The notes below the pieces were generated by a model. That model did no database searches and had not been told where the DNA came from. It saw only the letters and a program-made list of their open reading frames with translations. A stretch of 6,310 bases of DNA from a virus (taxonomy: Duplodnaviria > Heunggongvirae > Uroviricota > Caudoviricetes): IMG/VR virus record IMGVR_UViG_2690316285_000013; one strand, 5' to 3'. Made by a program: the position numbers and the translations under genes. This document shows, piece after piece, positions 5,748 to 6,310 of the stretch; position 1 is the first letter of the stretch, and every line of letters begins with the position of its first letter.

Positions 5748-6172
5748 TTAACATTACTACTAAGGATGGCACTCAAGTCAGTGGTGAAGTAAGAGATCTA
5801 GTAATTCTTCTTGAAACTGATGGAAAAACGGTGTCTGATTATTTGCAGCCAATCCCTCCCAAAAAAGATACACACTGGAGCATGATTTTCATTCCGGTAG
5901 CAATTTATATACTACTTAATCTTGTATACATTATTGCTCACCCATTATTTCCTGAAAAATATCTAAAAACATCAACATCTATATTTCTATTCATTTCCTT
6001 CATATTAAGTGCAATAGTAGCATATTTTGTTTTCCATAAGCATAAATCTGCCACTCTATCCATATGCAGCTTAGTGTTCTTAGTGTTAATTGTAGGTGCT
6101 AACGTAGGGTTTATCAGTTACAGCGACCTAACACAAAAAGCGACGCAAAAATTAGATAGTTTGTCTAAATAA
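5744..6172 (+). CDS. Hypothetical small integral membrane protein, 142 aa: about 45-aa hydrophilic N-terminal domain followed by three predicted transmembrane helices and a charged C-terminal tail
   Basis: ATG at 5744 overlaps the upstream stop (ATGA), with a strong GGAGGG ribosome-binding site 5 nt upstream. Hydrophobic stretches: WSMIFIPVAIYILLNLVYIIAHPLF, TSIFLFISFILSAIVAYFVF, LSICSLVFLVLIVGANVGFISY. The ORF-track start at 5687 is a non-ATG extension inside the upstream gene and is rejected. Confidence 0.6.
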   Translation: MINITTKDGTQVSGEVRDLVILLETDGKTVSDYLQPIPPKKDTHWSMIFIPVAIYILLNLVYIIAHPLFPEKYLKTSTSIFLFISFILSAIVAYFVFHKHKSATLSICSLVFLVLIVGANVGFISYSDLTQKATQKLDSLSK

Positions 6173-6279
6173 TTATGTTGCCATGCGAAGTATGCATGGC
6201 TGCATGTCTGCCTTCCATTTAAAATGGGCTAAGACCTATAACCCTAAATATTATTCTTTATTATCTTCTTTACCACTTC

Positions 6280-6310
6280 GGTGATGCTGCCAACTTACTG
6301 ATTTAGTGTA
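6280..6310 (+). mobile_element. IS1 left terminus (first 31 bp including the terminal inverted repeat); the element continues right of the window
   Basis: GGTGATGCTGCCAACTTACTGATTTAGTGTA matches the IS1 left end as I recall it. It is in the same orientation as the IS1 end at 1-31. Confidence 0.7.

Noticed and set aside
1-6310. Searched for CRISPR arrays, tRNA/rRNA genes and integrase or att-site signatures
   Set aside because: No regularly spaced direct repeats, no cloverleaf-like or rRNA-like conserved segments and no recombinase ORF seen. The only mobile-element signatures are the two IS1 termini.

Overview
The window looks like a fragment of a defective lambdoid (DLP12-like) prophage from an E. 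coli/Shigella-type genome, bounded at both edges by IS1 termini in the same orientation. Everything here is read by eye from the sequence and ORF track; no database search was run. Left to right: (i) IS1 right end (1-31); (ii) a 643-bp segment (132-774: porin promoter region plus the first 118 codons of a porin gene) that recurs identically at 1671-2313; (iii) a run of 365 N (775-1139); (iv) a 3' fragment of an AraC-family regulator gene on the minus strand (1227-1669), cut off at a single N (1670); (v) the intact copy of an NmpC/OmpD/Lc-family porin gene (1961-3043); (vi) hairpins and a terminator; (vii) a tightly packed minus-strand lambdoid 'nin-Q' operon read right to left: small ylcH-like ORF, ninB, ninE, ybcO, rusA, ylcG-like ORF, Q antiterminator, with start/stop overlaps at almost every junction; (viii) a sharp shift to AT-rich sequence near 5250-5300 that carries two translationally coupled plus-strand ORFs of no recognisable family, a hydrophilic 125-aa protein and a 142-aa protein with three predicted transmembrane helices (5370-6172); (ix) IS1 left end (6280-6310). 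The AT-rich two-gene cassette is the best candidate for an undescribed system (toxin/immunity, abortive-infection or other phage-defence module are hypotheses only). The duplicated and N-interrupted left third may be a genuine rearrangement or an assembly artefact, and the sequence alone cannot distinguish these.
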